A DNA stretch of 64,000 bases from Thermofilaceae archaeon (GTDB taxonomy: Archaea > Thermoproteota > Thermoprotei > Thermofilales > Thermofilaceae): assembly GCA_038861545.1 (NCBI GenBank), contig JAWCCZ010000002.1, positions 96,001 to 160,000 on the forward strand, written 5' to 3'. Of the stretch, positions 38,382 to 48,266 are shown in pieces (position 1 is the first letter of the stretch; every line of letters begins with the position of its first letter). Both the position numbers and the translations under genes were made by a program. The notes below the pieces were generated by a model. That model did not search any database. It saw nothing but the letters and a program-made list of their open reading frames with translations, and was not told the origin of the DNA.

Positions 38382-39360
38382 CAGTCATAGCTACAAAGAC
38401 ATCCTCCAGCGTAGGCTCCAAGCTTTTAATACTGATAATCCTTCCCCGGCTCGACAGCAACATTTCTAATATCTCCTTTAAGATGAAATCACCGTCATAG
38501 ACGACTTTCAGCTCAGCTAAACCGGAAGCCGGATCCCGTATCCGTGCAGCCGCGCCGATAACTCCCTGCCTCTGTTTAACCGCTTTCAGTGAACTCTCAT
38601 CAAAGCCTATAAGCTCTACTTCAATCACTTTATGTTCAGAGACCTTTGATTTTAGTTCGCTTGGAGTCCCAATAGCAATAATTCTCCCTTTACTAATTAT
38701 GGCTACTCTATCGCATAGGAGTTCGGCTTCGTACATGTTGTGAGTCGTTAGAAGTATTGTTTTCCCCTCTTTCCTTAACTCCATTATTACCTCACGCACC
38801 TTCCGCGCAGCTGTTGGATCCAGACCAATAGTAGGCTCGTCGAGAAACAGCACTGGGGGATCTTGTAGCAATGCCCTAGCTACATTAAGCTTAGACTTCA
38901 TCCCAGTACTGTACTCCTCAACTAAGCGGTCAGCGTCAGCCTCTAAGTCCAGCAACTTAAGCAGGTAGTCTATACGGCTTTTAGCGTAGCCCCTTTCCAG
39001 ATGGTACAGCCTAGCAAAGTACATTAAATTCTCGCGCCCACTTAACTTCCAGTAGAAGCCTCTGTCGCTGTACAGGCTTACGCCGATGCTCTCGCGAACC
39101 TTATTAGCCTCATTTACAATATGATACCCATTAACCCAAGCTTCCCCAGAATCCGGAAGCAGCAACGTGCTCAAAATTTTAATTGTAGTCGTCTTACCTG
39201 CGCCATTAGGTCCCAGAAGCCCGAAAACTTCACTTCTCCTCACCTCGAAGGAAATACTTTTTAACGCTTCAACAACCCTTTTCTTACCCCTAAAGAGAAG
39301 CCCTCCCTCTCTCGTGTAAAAAATTTTACTGATGTCCTCAACTAGAATCGCTGAAGACAT
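38356..39360 (-). CDS. ABC exporter ATP-binding protein
   Basis: GPNGAGKTT, YSTGM, LFLDEPT, TTH; ATG 39360 has a GGTGG SD (ORF is open to 39402). Confidence 0.93.
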   Translation of the reverse strand: MSSAILVEDISKIFYTREGGLLFRGKKRVVEALKSISFEVRRSEVFGLLGPNGAGKTTTIKILSTLLLPDSGEAWVNGYHIVNEANKVRESIGVSLYSDRGFYWKLSGRENLMYFARLYHLERGYAKSRIDYLLKLLDLEADADRLVEEYSTGMKSKLNVARALLQDPPVLFLDEPTIGLDPTAARKVREVIMELRKEGKTILLTTHNMYEAELLCDRVAIISKGRIIAIGTPSELKSKVSEHKVIEVELIGFDESSLKAVKQRQGVIGAAARIRDPASGLAELKVVYDGDFILKEILEMLLSSRGRIISIKSLEPTLEDVFVAMTGERLEASS

Positions 39361-39462
39361 ACTAACCACCACTTTAGGCTGCTCCGATAACCTTAACGTC
39401 ATATTTCTTTCTTGCGCAGGAATTCTGAGAAACCCTTATATAGCATGCTAGCCGCTTCATTC

Positions 39463-40176
39463 GTGTGTCTAGAGTGGCTCTCCTCCGATGAACCACTGAT
39501 CCAACCTGGTATTTTTGCCTTCGAGGAAGCTAAAAATGCACGCCTTGGCTTGATCGTTTTTATGAAAAAGCTTACTGTAGAATGCTTAAGATAGCTTCAG
39601 CGAATGTGCTGACAAGTAAAGGGGAGAAAGGCCTTCACAGGGGTTTCTTTGTCACGAACAATGGTTTAGCTGTGTTTTTATCCTACTTTGGAGCTCCAGC
39701 TGCTGCTATGCTGGCTGAAGCATTAATTGCATCCGGGGTTAAGCGCTTGATAGCGTTCGGCGAAACGGGCTCTCTGAGTCCCGAACTTCAACCTGGCTAC
39801 GTCCTCCTCCCAACACATGCGATTAGAGAAGAGGGGACAAGTTACCATTATTTACCAGCTGATTGTGAAGCTAAAGCCTCCCGTAAACTGTTCATTAAGC
39901 TTAAAGCGTTACTCCGCGACGCTGAGATTCAGTACAAGGCTGGTGGAGTCTGGACAACAGAAGTTCTCTTCAAGCGGTGTACTTGGAGTGGAGATGGAAT
40001 GCTCAGCTCTGTTCTCAGTTGCTAAATATAGAAAAGTAAGCTCTGCGGCTCTACTTGTGGTAAGTGATACCTTATATGAGGGTGTTTGGAAACAGTATTT
40101 TGAAGACCCCGTTTTCTTAAGAACACTGGATAAGGTTTCCGAGCTACTACTTAGAAAGTGGCAAGTGCTTCTATAG
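39463..40176 (+). pseudogene. Nucleoside (uridine/purine) phosphorylase, split by two frameshifts
   Basis: Frame a: ...DEPLIQP...; frame b: FGAPAAAMLAEAL, GETGSL, AIREEGTSYHY, GGVWTT; frame c: KFSSSGVLGVEMECSAL...VVSD; the usual segment between WTT and GVEME is largely missing. Confidence 0.75.
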
Positions 40177-40231
40177 GAATAGAGCAGGATTACATAGTTA
40201 GGAAGAAAAGTAAAAAATATTACAATAAAAA

Positions 40232-43200
40232 CTAATTCTTCAGTGAAGGAGGGGGAACTTTTCGCCTTGATCTAGCTTTAACCCTTAAACCGGTTACAAT
40301 GATCAGAAGAACAGCTATAACTAGTCCAGCTAAAATTAGTAAGAGAGTTGTGTAATTAGGCTTAAACTGTGCTACAACCCTCTTATTGCTGTCCATAATA
40401 ATCTTCGATACCGAGTTTGTTGAAAGAATATCGCCGGACCACCCGGTGAACTCGTAGTAACCCCCCAGTATTCCTAGGATACCGCTCATCTCAACTTTTG
40501 TTGGCGTAACACTGAAAGTCGCGGTTTGGTTAACAAGATACCAGCCAGCCCCCTCTGTTTTACCGTAAGGAGACTCGACGTCTAAGCGAACATAAGCGCC
40601 AACCTTGAACCTACCCGATAAGCCTTCACTACTGTAAAAGCCGTCAGAGACAATCACTTTAACTACGTAGCTCTCAGAGCCCTCGTATGGTGTCGGATCC
40701 CATTTAATTGAAGATGTAGTGATATCCCCAGCAAGGGGTATCCATGTTTCTCCACCGTCAGAGCTTACAAGAACAGTGTAGTACAAGAGGTCGCCGTCGG
40801 CATCTTTCCCCTCCCATGTTATGAGGAAAGCCCCAGTAACGTTGGATACTATGTCGCCTGCTTTTGGCGATGTAACACTTACTTGTGGTCTACTGGATGA
40901 GGCGCTTCTTGCCGCTAGAACTTTCCCTGAAGGATTTCTAAGCTCAATTGAGTGTATTTCTTCACTGAAAGCCGCATAGAACATGAAACCATACATATCT
41001 GTGTACATTTCGCCGGCGAATGAGACGTTTAACCCGTACCTAGCTAGTTCTTTGCCTTTAGAGTCTAGTAAAACCACTGAGTAATTTCCGATTAAACCCG
41101 GGGTTGCTATCCTGTCCGAGACACGTGTTCTAAATGGATCAAGGCGCCCGCTCCCGTTCCTGTAAATTGTACCGCTGATGCGTATAGCTTCCGGGTCAGC
41201 GCCACTTGGGTTAAACCAGCCGGTAATCAACCGCTCATACATTCCTGCCTGGATCCACCATGGAGCACCACCACAGGCTGACATTATGTAGCAACGCCCC
41301 TTATTGATTTGCTCACCTTTATTAACCCAGTAGCCCGCAGGACACTGATTTGCCGTTGGGCATGAGTAATCGTCGTAGTACATTGGCCCTAAAACGTGGT
41401 ACATCTCATGAGAGAGGGCAGAATAGCAAGAGCCTATGTCTACGTAAGCAGCCATTGGTCGAGAAGCTCCCCATGTACATCCGCCTCCACCTATAACCCT
41501 AAATGCTATAGTGAAATCGTAGCCTGCATCATCAGCGATTTTCCCAATCCCATTATCCCCGTAAAGGAAGCTCCAAGCCGCGTTACCAGCGCATTCACAC
41601 CAACTTCTACAAGCATCATTGCAAGGTGTATTGCAATCGCATGGACAGTATGATCTCATAAAAGCTGTATACTGTGCAGAACAAGTACCGTATAAACCTC
41701 TAATCATAATCGACGGATACACATTGTAGAGTATAGCTGCCTCCGCTGTAGGGTATATTGCTTGTAAAAACTCTATTTGAGTTTTAATTGCTGGAAGCAC
41801 TACATCGCGTATATAGGTGGATCTTGAAGTATATGTGCCCATTCCCCTGCTCAGTTCTGTACTATTTTCAGCCCAAGGGAAAAAGAGAATCTTAATTTTC
41901 TTAGTTGCTACAACTTCTTGAGATGAACTGTAGACATTATTGTCCTCGTTAACCTCTCTTACAGTGTTAAGTAAATCTGCTTGAACGTTGAAAGATGCTC
42001 TTGTAACCCTTCCAGTTGAAGGTCTAGGCATAGATAACGGATAAGGGGCAGTATAGTAAAGCCCTGCTGGCCATATACCACCTACCATGTATAGTATACG
42101 GCCAGTTGCAGTGAAATTGGATAGGTTAGCTGGAACATACACGATGGAGCTGCTTACACACTTTCTAATTCTATCATCAACCGTAAACCTTTTCGGTATT
42201 ATTGCTGTAGCTGTAGCGGATTTCGTTGTAGATCCTGCGTACTCGGGGTATTCCCATGTCCATTCGGTATTAGGTAGGTAGAGTGCTACATGAATGGGTA
42301 CATTATTTGCTAAAACTGGACACCTATTACACTCTATACTAACACCAACCTTAAAGATTGTCGACTTACCTGCAACTAGTTTATTAAATCCTTCAATCAC
42401 TTGTACAGGAGTAGCGTTTATTTTCACGTCAGCTGCTATACCCTTCAACGTTACATTCAGCTTCTTTGTAACTCCTGTAAGTCCAGCAGAGAACACATAT
42501 ATTGCCCGTCTCATCTCTTTTTCTTCTAGTAAGTGAGGGTAGTAGTTCGCATCGACGTTTAAGGAGATTATAACTGTTAGGGGGTTCTCTCCAACGTAAC
42601 CGGCAGCGGGGTTTATCGATATGTCAACACCAGCGTACACAAGGTCGAAACCGGGTAGGTTTGTCGTTCTAATCTCAAACCATTTATCTCCTACACCTGA
42701 AATCCTCCTAACAGTAACTTCGTAGATGGAATTCACAAGCCGGCTTTGGCTTCGGTTAAAAACGAGTTCATCTAAAAACACGTACGCTCTGAATTCGTCT
42801 CTTAGCTCGGTTAAACATCTTAAGGTCACTTCATACTTCCAAGGGAGCTCATAAATAGTTAAAAGGTACTGCCTAGAGGTAGAAAACCCTTTTTGATCGT
42901 GCACTGTCACCGTGATAAGGCGGTTTCCGTGGCTACCAATGGGCGGTGTCCCATATAGCTCAATACGATCAGTTCGTCCATGAGATAAACGCCACGCTAT
43001 ACCTGTAACCTCAGTCTCTAAGCCTGTAACAGTCCAGGTATAAGGTTCAGTGCCGCCAGAAACTGTTATGTAAGCTAAGTAAGAGGAGTTCTCGGTAGCT
43101 GCAGCAATTGTCTGAGGCTGTAAGTTAAGTCGGACACGGACTACAGTCAACGTGTATTCCTTAAAGATGACTAACGGTTTAGGTTGACCGAGATAGGTTT

Positions 43201-43498
43201 TAGTCGCTCTCACCGTGAAGCTATACGTACCTTCCTGCGTAGGAGTCCCAGAAATCACACTTTTATAGGAGTCAAGTTTATTAAGTGTTAACCCAGGCGG
43301 AAGGTTGCCGCTCGCTATATCCCAGCTATCAATCGTGGTATACGGTTCAGTAAACAATTGAACCTCATAGTATATCCCCATGGTAGCGTTCGGAAGCTTA
43401 TCCGGTTTAATAGTTATTTGTGCTAAAACTTCGGTAAAACCAACGCAAATGATAATTAGAAGAATCAACAATTTAATTTCACTACTTTCCTTACTCAT
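40232..43498 (-). CDS. Large cell-surface protein: Ig-like repeats, Cys-rich zincin-like (HEXXH) domain, C-terminal TM anchor
   Basis: Signal peptide; GNLPPGLTL...ISGTPT..GTYSFTV (He_PIG-like); SHEMYHVLG; DADGD..YYTV..SSDGGETW; GAGWY...FTGWSGD; TM plus RSRRKVPPP. Confidence 0.75.
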   Translation of the reverse strand: MSKESSEIKLLILLIIICVGFTEVLAQITIKPDKLPNATMGIYYEVQLFTEPYTTIDSWDIASGNLPPGLTLNKLDSYKSVISGTPTQEGTYSFTVRATKTYLGQPKPLVIFKEYTLTVVRVRLNLQPQTIAAATENSSYLAYITVSGGTEPYTWTVTGLETEVTGIAWRLSHGRTDRIELYGTPPIGSHGNRLITVTVHDQKGFSTSRQYLLTIYELPWKYEVTLRCLTELRDEFRAYVFLDELVFNRSQSRLVNSIYEVTVRRISGVGDKWFEIRTTNLPGFDLVYAGVDISINPAAGYVGENPLTVIISLNVDANYYPHLLEEKEMRRAIYVFSAGLTGVTKKLNVTLKGIAADVKINATPVQVIEGFNKLVAGKSTIFKVGVSIECNRCPVLANNVPIHVALYLPNTEWTWEYPEYAGSTTKSATATAIIPKRFTVDDRIRKCVSSSIVYVPANLSNFTATGRILYMVGGIWPAGLYYTAPYPLSMPRPSTGRVTRASFNVQADLLNTVREVNEDNNVYSSSQEVVATKKIKILFFPWAENSTELSRGMGTYTSRSTYIRDVVLPAIKTQIEFLQAIYPTAEAAILYNVYPSIMIRGLYGTCSAQYTAFMRSYCPCDCNTPCNDACRSWCECAGNAAWSFLYGDNGIGKIADDAGYDFTIAFRVIGGGGCTWGASRPMAAYVDIGSCYSALSHEMYHVLGPMYYDDYSCPTANQCPAGYWVNKGEQINKGRCYIMSACGGAPWWIQAGMYERLITGWFNPSGADPEAIRISGTIYRNGSGRLDPFRTRVSDRIATPGLIGNYSVVLLDSKGKELARYGLNVSFAGEMYTDMYGFMFYAAFSEEIHSIELRNPSGKVLAARSASSSRPQVSVTSPKAGDIVSNVTGAFLITWEGKDADGDLLYYTVLVSSDGGETWIPLAGDITTSSIKWDPTPYEGSESYVVKVIVSDGFYSSEGLSGRFKVGAYVRLDVESPYGKTEGAGWYLVNQTATFSVTPTKVEMSGILGILGGYYEFTGWSGDILSTNSVSKIIMDSNKRVVAQFKPNYTTLLLILAGLVIAVLLIIVTGLRVKARSRRKVPPPSLKN

Positions 43499-43762
43499 AA
43501 TTTACTGAGTATTAGAAATATTTAAATTTTTCATTATTATAGAAAATTTAGCTACATTTTGCAAAATCTACTAATAAAATATTTCCCTAAAAATATTAAA
43601 TAGAAAAAATTATTTACCTATTTTTATTATTAGTTTATAAAACTTTTTTTTACTAGTAAATACTTAGAATTAAAATAAAACTATCAATTAGTATAGGATA
43701 GCTAAGAATTTACCAATTTAGATCCACTAATTGGTTGAATTAAAAACATTCCTGGTTGATTT

Positions 43763-44716
43763 TTACTTTAAGCGCGCACTTTTACGTGTTAAATACACGA
43801 GAACTGTGATTACAGCTGCCGCGACTACCGCGTACACAGCTAATAGGGTTTGCTGTTGACTTTGAGCCTCCTTAGCTGCCGCCTCCAGCCTGCCCGCAAT
43901 TATGTATTTGCTAATCCCTTCCGCTTTTAAGCCCCGGTTAAGCAGGTACACTACATCGAGGATACGTCGTTTCATGTTTTCAAGCTGATCCGCTTCAATA
44001 TAGGGTTGCAAGTAAATGTAAAACACAAACTTATCACCTGGTTTCATAAGTAGGCGATCACTGCCAGAGTATAATATATGCCTCACCCCGTAGGTAGTTC
44101 CGTTCCATTCCCTATCATCCGTAATGTCGAGGTAAGGCCCATTGAGAGATACATCGCTGAAGATTGTGGTTACGAGCCCCACATTAGTTCCAAATGGGAG
44201 TACCCAACCAGCCCCTTGGCTTCCTGGTCCTAAACTCGCTTCTCCGGAGATATACTCGGCTCTGAGCGTCACATCTTGGGCTCCGCCGTAAGGCATTACT
44301 GCAGTAATTTTACCACCGCTGAAGCTTTGAATAGGTAAACCTATAATCCAAGCGACATCCTCGAAGGAAGTATCAGTGCTCGCTTCAATGCAAATCTCTA
44401 CCAGTATATAGTCGTCACCTACCCATATTTGCTCGCTCCATTGAAACTCACCGTAACTGCATGTAACCAAGCCTGTGAAAGTATTCTCCCTTAATTCCCC
44501 AGGAGCCCAACTGGATTGGGCTCCACAGTCCTCATCCCATAACCATCCGGGACCCCACGTTACGATCTGCCCTACTAATCTAAGTGCGTAGTATTGCACT
44601 ACTACTGTACCACTGCTGTTAAAGAAAATTTCAGTATCGCCGTACCTGCCTTGAGGTAACCCAGCGGCACAGGCTGAAATAAGAAGTACCAGGAGGAAGT
44701 ATAAACATAGTTTCAT
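43763..44716 (-). CDS. Secreted, C-terminally anchored hypothetical protein (paralog of 48267-49205)
   Basis: Signal peptide, beta-rich body, C-terminal TM plus basic tail; shared motifs WGPGW, LRAEYISGE, DDREWNGTTY. Confidence 0.75.
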   Translation of the reverse strand: MKLCLYFLLVLLISACAAGLPQGRYGDTEIFFNSSGTVVVQYYALRLVGQIVTWGPGWLWDEDCGAQSSWAPGELRENTFTGLVTCSYGEFQWSEQIWVGDDYILVEICIEASTDTSFEDVAWIIGLPIQSFSGGKITAVMPYGGAQDVTLRAEYISGEASLGPGSQGAGWVLPFGTNVGLVTTIFSDVSLNGPYLDITDDREWNGTTYGVRHILYSGSDRLLMKPGDKFVFYIYLQPYIEADQLENMKRRILDVVYLLNRGLKAEGISKYIIAGRLEAAAKEAQSQQQTLLAVYAVVAAAVITVLVYLTRKSARLK

Positions 44717-44811
44717 AGATGTTCTATGATTTTTAATGGAAATATTTTTAATTTATTCTCCTATCCATAGCAAAGATTTTTACCATCCTAGCCAAGAAAG
44801 CGTGGCTGGGA

Positions 44812-44988
44812 ATGACAAGTAAAAGCGCTTTACTTGTAGCGTGCACCCTCATCCTAGCTTTCACGATAAGCATGTTAGCGCCAGCGCTTGTGACGCTCAT
44901 ATGGTTCTTTACAGCCTTTGTAGCCTTCATTTACCTGATTATCGAGTTCATTAAAACCTTCTCTCAAACTTCAGAAAAGAAAGGCTAA
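44812..44988 (+). CDS. Small 58-aa two-TM membrane protein (below the ORF track cut-off)
   Basis: MTSKSALLVACTLILAFTISMLAPALVTLIWFFTAFVAFIYLIIEFIKTFSQTSEKKG*. Confidence 0.55.
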   Translation: MTSKSALLVACTLILAFTISMLAPALVTLIWFFTAFVAFIYLIIEFIKTFSQTSEKKG

Positions 44989-45111
44989 AATGTAGCTAGC
45001 TTTGCACTGTGAAGAGCTGTTAGGAAACAGGGTTCTGGGGTTGTGCAGCTAGAGGGAACCGATAGACATAAAATAGTTTGATAGCTATTTTAATTAGGTG
45101 AATACAAATCC

Positions 45112-45912
45112 ATGTATAGCGACATAAGAATTGAAAACCTCAATGATTCGAATATGGATGACTTAATCTATGTTTGCTCCTCAAAAAGGCTCGAAGACCC
45201 AGTTCATCAAGAAGGTATGAGGCTTAAGAGGCTTTGGCTTAAAGAAATGCTTGATGAATATGGTTCTTGTGCGAAAATTGCCTACTATAATGGAAGACCA
45301 GTAGCCCAAATCCTGTTTTACCCAGAAGTAGCTGAGAGAGCCAAGGCTTTTACGCGTGATGGTGTATTATTTATAAACTGTATCTACAATCCCACGCCGG
45401 AAGCGCAGAGACTAGGACTTGGTAAAATGCTATTGCAAAAAGTGATCGAGGAAGCTAAAAGAGGGGAGACATGCCTAGGCAGGAAACCTTGCAAATTTAT
45501 TCTTGCTAACGCCTTCAATACAGGAGAGTACTTACCGATGCCTCATTTCTACAGGAAGTATGGTTTCCTTCCAAGCGAGGAAGGGTCTGCTCTTTATCTT
45601 CCTATTGAAGGCGAGTACGAGCCGGTTCCAAGCGCTGAGTACAAACCGCTTGAAGAAGATAAAGGTAAAGCAGTAATATTCTATAGGCCGAAATGCCAGT
45701 TCTCATACCCCTTTGCTAAAAGGATAGAGATTATCATTAGAGAGACGTTGCCCCAGGTTACGATTGAGATGATAAACGAGTGGGAGAAGCCTGAGGAATC
45801 AGTGAAGCGTGGTAATTGGTGGCTTGTTGTAAACGCCAAGCCTATTAGAACATTCTTCATGGATGCTGAGAACTTCAAAGCCGAAATAAAGCAAGCAGTA
45901 TACGGAGCGTAA
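45112..45912 (+). CDS. GNAT acetyltransferase with YoaP-like C-terminal domain
   Basis: INCIY, QRLGLGKMLL, FYRKYGF; C-terminal thioredoxin-like IFYRPKCQFS. Confidence 0.75.
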   Translation: MYSDIRIENLNDSNMDDLIYVCSSKRLEDPVHQEGMRLKRLWLKEMLDEYGSCAKIAYYNGRPVAQILFYPEVAERAKAFTRDGVLFINCIYNPTPEAQRLGLGKMLLQKVIEEAKRGETCLGRKPCKFILANAFNTGEYLPMPHFYRKYGFLPSEEGSALYLPIEGEYEPVPSAEYKPLEEDKGKAVIFYRPKCQFSYPFAKRIEIIIRETLPQVTIEMINEWEKPEESVKRGNWWLVVNAKPIRTFFMDAENFKAEIKQAVYGA

Positions 45913-46380
45913 TTCAACTTATTCGGATCAGTGAATCCTAGTGCAGGGCCGGGGAGTGAACCTAGAGGAAGTTTCCCTATAGTGGCTATAACCTAGTGGG
46001 GACTGGTTAACTTTTAGCTGCAGTAAGCTTCAAGGTATACGGTGAAAGAAGGTTATAAGTGCTACCAACATACAGGAGTTGCAACACCGGATGATTATTT
46101 GAGAAAAAATTCTTTTACTAATTTCATCCAACCGAAAAACTAACAGGGAAATAAGTTGCTTATGGTGACCGAACTCGGCTGGGGTGCACTTATATCCTAG
46201 AATATTCTACTACCTTACTACTTTACATACATACTTTCGGTTTGTTAGGCTTGAACTCGATTCGGCTAATATTCATTTAGATTAGAACCTAAGTTTATTT
46301 GCCGGCATTTTTCTTTTCATGATTCCAGTTACAGGAGAAATATACACTGACGTTTACTTGAGGAACTTGGAAACTTCTGC

Positions 46381-46563
46381 TCAATCAATAATTATCCTAT
46401 GCTCTCTAATCAGATACATCCTGTAGATGCCTTTATCCTCTAAAGCATCCTTTCTCAGTCCCATAAAGCCCAGGTATTTCCCCTCTCTAATTTCCTTTCC
46501 AAATGTTTGTAAAAACATCATACTAGGTCCAATAGATTTGAGGGGGATACATGTAATATCCAC
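46381..46563 (-). CDS. Short hypothetical ORF or gene fragment in an AT-rich islet
   Basis: 60-aa ORF co-oriented 30 bp after the 288-aa gene; no motif. Confidence 0.3.
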   Translation of the reverse strand: MDITCIPLKSIGPSMMFLQTFGKEIREGKYLGFMGLRKDALEDKGIYRMYLIREHRIIID

Positions 46564-46592
46564 TTATTAGAAGGGCATACTTGAATCCTATT

Positions 46593-47459
46593 CTAGGAGA
46601 ACAATAAAGTTATGCTCAATGCAATGATCAAAGCGATATAAAGAATGTTTAATCTGTTTGTCAAAACTTCATCATAAAAAAGCCAAACCCTGGTAGCGAC
46701 TAGCGTCCCAATACAACTTAGCAGGGTAGGGAGACCTACATTCATTGAGAGGCTCAACCCGAATGGAAGCAGGATACACGTTATCCCTAAGAGATTTAAG
46801 ATTTTAACAAATAGGCTAATACAAGGTAAAACCAGTACGGAATATAGCCAGATTCTTACGCTCTTAGGAAATTCTACTTTTATAGTTGTTTCAAATACAC
46901 ACTCTCCTTCAAATCTAATGGAAAACCCTCTGCATTTAGGTGGCTTTGCCAAGACTTCATATCTACACCTTTCCACTGAAGTTAATGGAATGGGTTGTGT
47001 AGGTGCCAGAGGCTTTACTTTCACAAGCTTCAATGAAAGATTAGGGGGCGGAGTTACGTGAAGATAATTACTGGATTTATGCATCCCTATCAAGTAATGA
47101 GGGAATTCAACAAATTTTATTAATTTTCCGCCATATTTTACTCGAGGCCTAAGAGTATGACTCATTATTATGGTCTTTTGCGTCTTTGGTTCAATAGTAT
47201 ATTTTATACACAATAAATTTTCACCGCAGCAAGGATCTCTCTGTGGTATTATTTCTAGTAGTATTCCCTTATTATCTCTAACCTCAAGGTTTACTAGATA
47301 TAGATATTTTTCACTTGCAGGATCATATGGTCTGGAAAACTTAATTATATCGATTTTATCCTCTCCGTCATTTAGGAGGGTTAACAATGATATTATTTTA
47401 CCTTCAACTGGATTTTCAAGAAAAACATTAATTATTTGGCGTACAAGTATTAAACTCAA
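46593..47459 (-). CDS. Hypothetical membrane protein (soluble beta-rich N-terminal domain, about 3 C-terminal TM helices)
   Basis: 288-aa ORF, AT-rich codon usage; starts 1 bp after the upstream stop. Confidence 0.65.
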   Translation of the reverse strand: MSLILVRQIINVFLENPVEGKIISLLTLLNDGEDKIDIIKFSRPYDPASEKYLYLVNLEVRDNKGILLEIIPQRDPCCGENLLCIKYTIEPKTQKTIIMSHTLRPRVKYGGKLIKFVEFPHYLIGMHKSSNYLHVTPPPNLSLKLVKVKPLAPTQPIPLTSVERCRYEVLAKPPKCRGFSIRFEGECVFETTIKVEFPKSVRIWLYSVLVLPCISLFVKILNLLGITCILLPFGLSLSMNVGLPTLLSCIGTLVATRVWLFYDEVLTNRLNILYIALIIALSITLLFS

Positions 47460-47460
47460 G

Positions 47461-47706
47461 CTACTTTCTAGAGGTATTGTTCTCTAAGTATTTCCTCCAG
47501 TCGGGCCATACAACGTCTCTAACCTTTGGGGGGAGGGACATTACCTGGTCGATCGTGTAGGGCACGCGTATACAGTTAGGGTGGCTTAAAATTCTTTTAG
47601 TCTCCTCAGCCACTTCCTCCTCTGTTAAAACACGTTCCCTGAAACCTGTGTTTTTCCAGCCGAAAAGCTTTTTAAAATAATCAGAGTATAATGTCATCAT
47701 TTTCAC
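47461..47706 (-). CDS. Small hypothetical protein
   Basis: 81-aa ORF with TATA-like AT-rich upstream sequence, coupled to the next gene. Confidence 0.55.
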   Translation of the reverse strand: MKMMTLYSDYFKKLFGWKNTGFRERVLTEEEVAEETKRILSHPNCIRVPYTIDQVMSLPPKVRDVVWPDWRKYLENNTSRK

Positions 47707-48266
47707 CAGTTACTTTATATACCTAAATTATATTTAAGGTTTTCTTCCTACAAGCCTGTTTTCTATGCGTTCATAAATTCATATCAAAAACGCATAACTG
47801 TAAGATTTTAGAAAGAAGTGTTTTTCATTGTGTATTTATTTAAGGATTATTCTAGGCGCTTTAATGATAAAAGGCTCTCTGCTTGCAGGCGACTTAACTA
47901 TTGCTGTTTTTGCTCAAGCCAACTCATCACTTGACCAGATATTCGCTTGTAGCACCAGAATTCCTTATCCTAAATCCCAAGCTATAGTTATGTTTTCAAC
48001 ATCTTGAAGCCTGAATGCGAAGATCTCCGAGCGCTCTTCCTTATATTATCCTCCATCTATATTAGATGGGGATTGCGATTATAGTTAAACATGTATCCCT
48101 CACTAAGAAGCTTTTCAATGAAATCTTTGTGATAATACCAAACTCTAGCTATGGTGACATGCTAGTGCTCTCCTAGAAATATATGAGCTATCACTGTACT
48201 CCTGGTCGAGTTAACTTTAACGTTGAAGCTGACCACTACTGGAAAAGGAAAAAACTTTGTGTAAAA

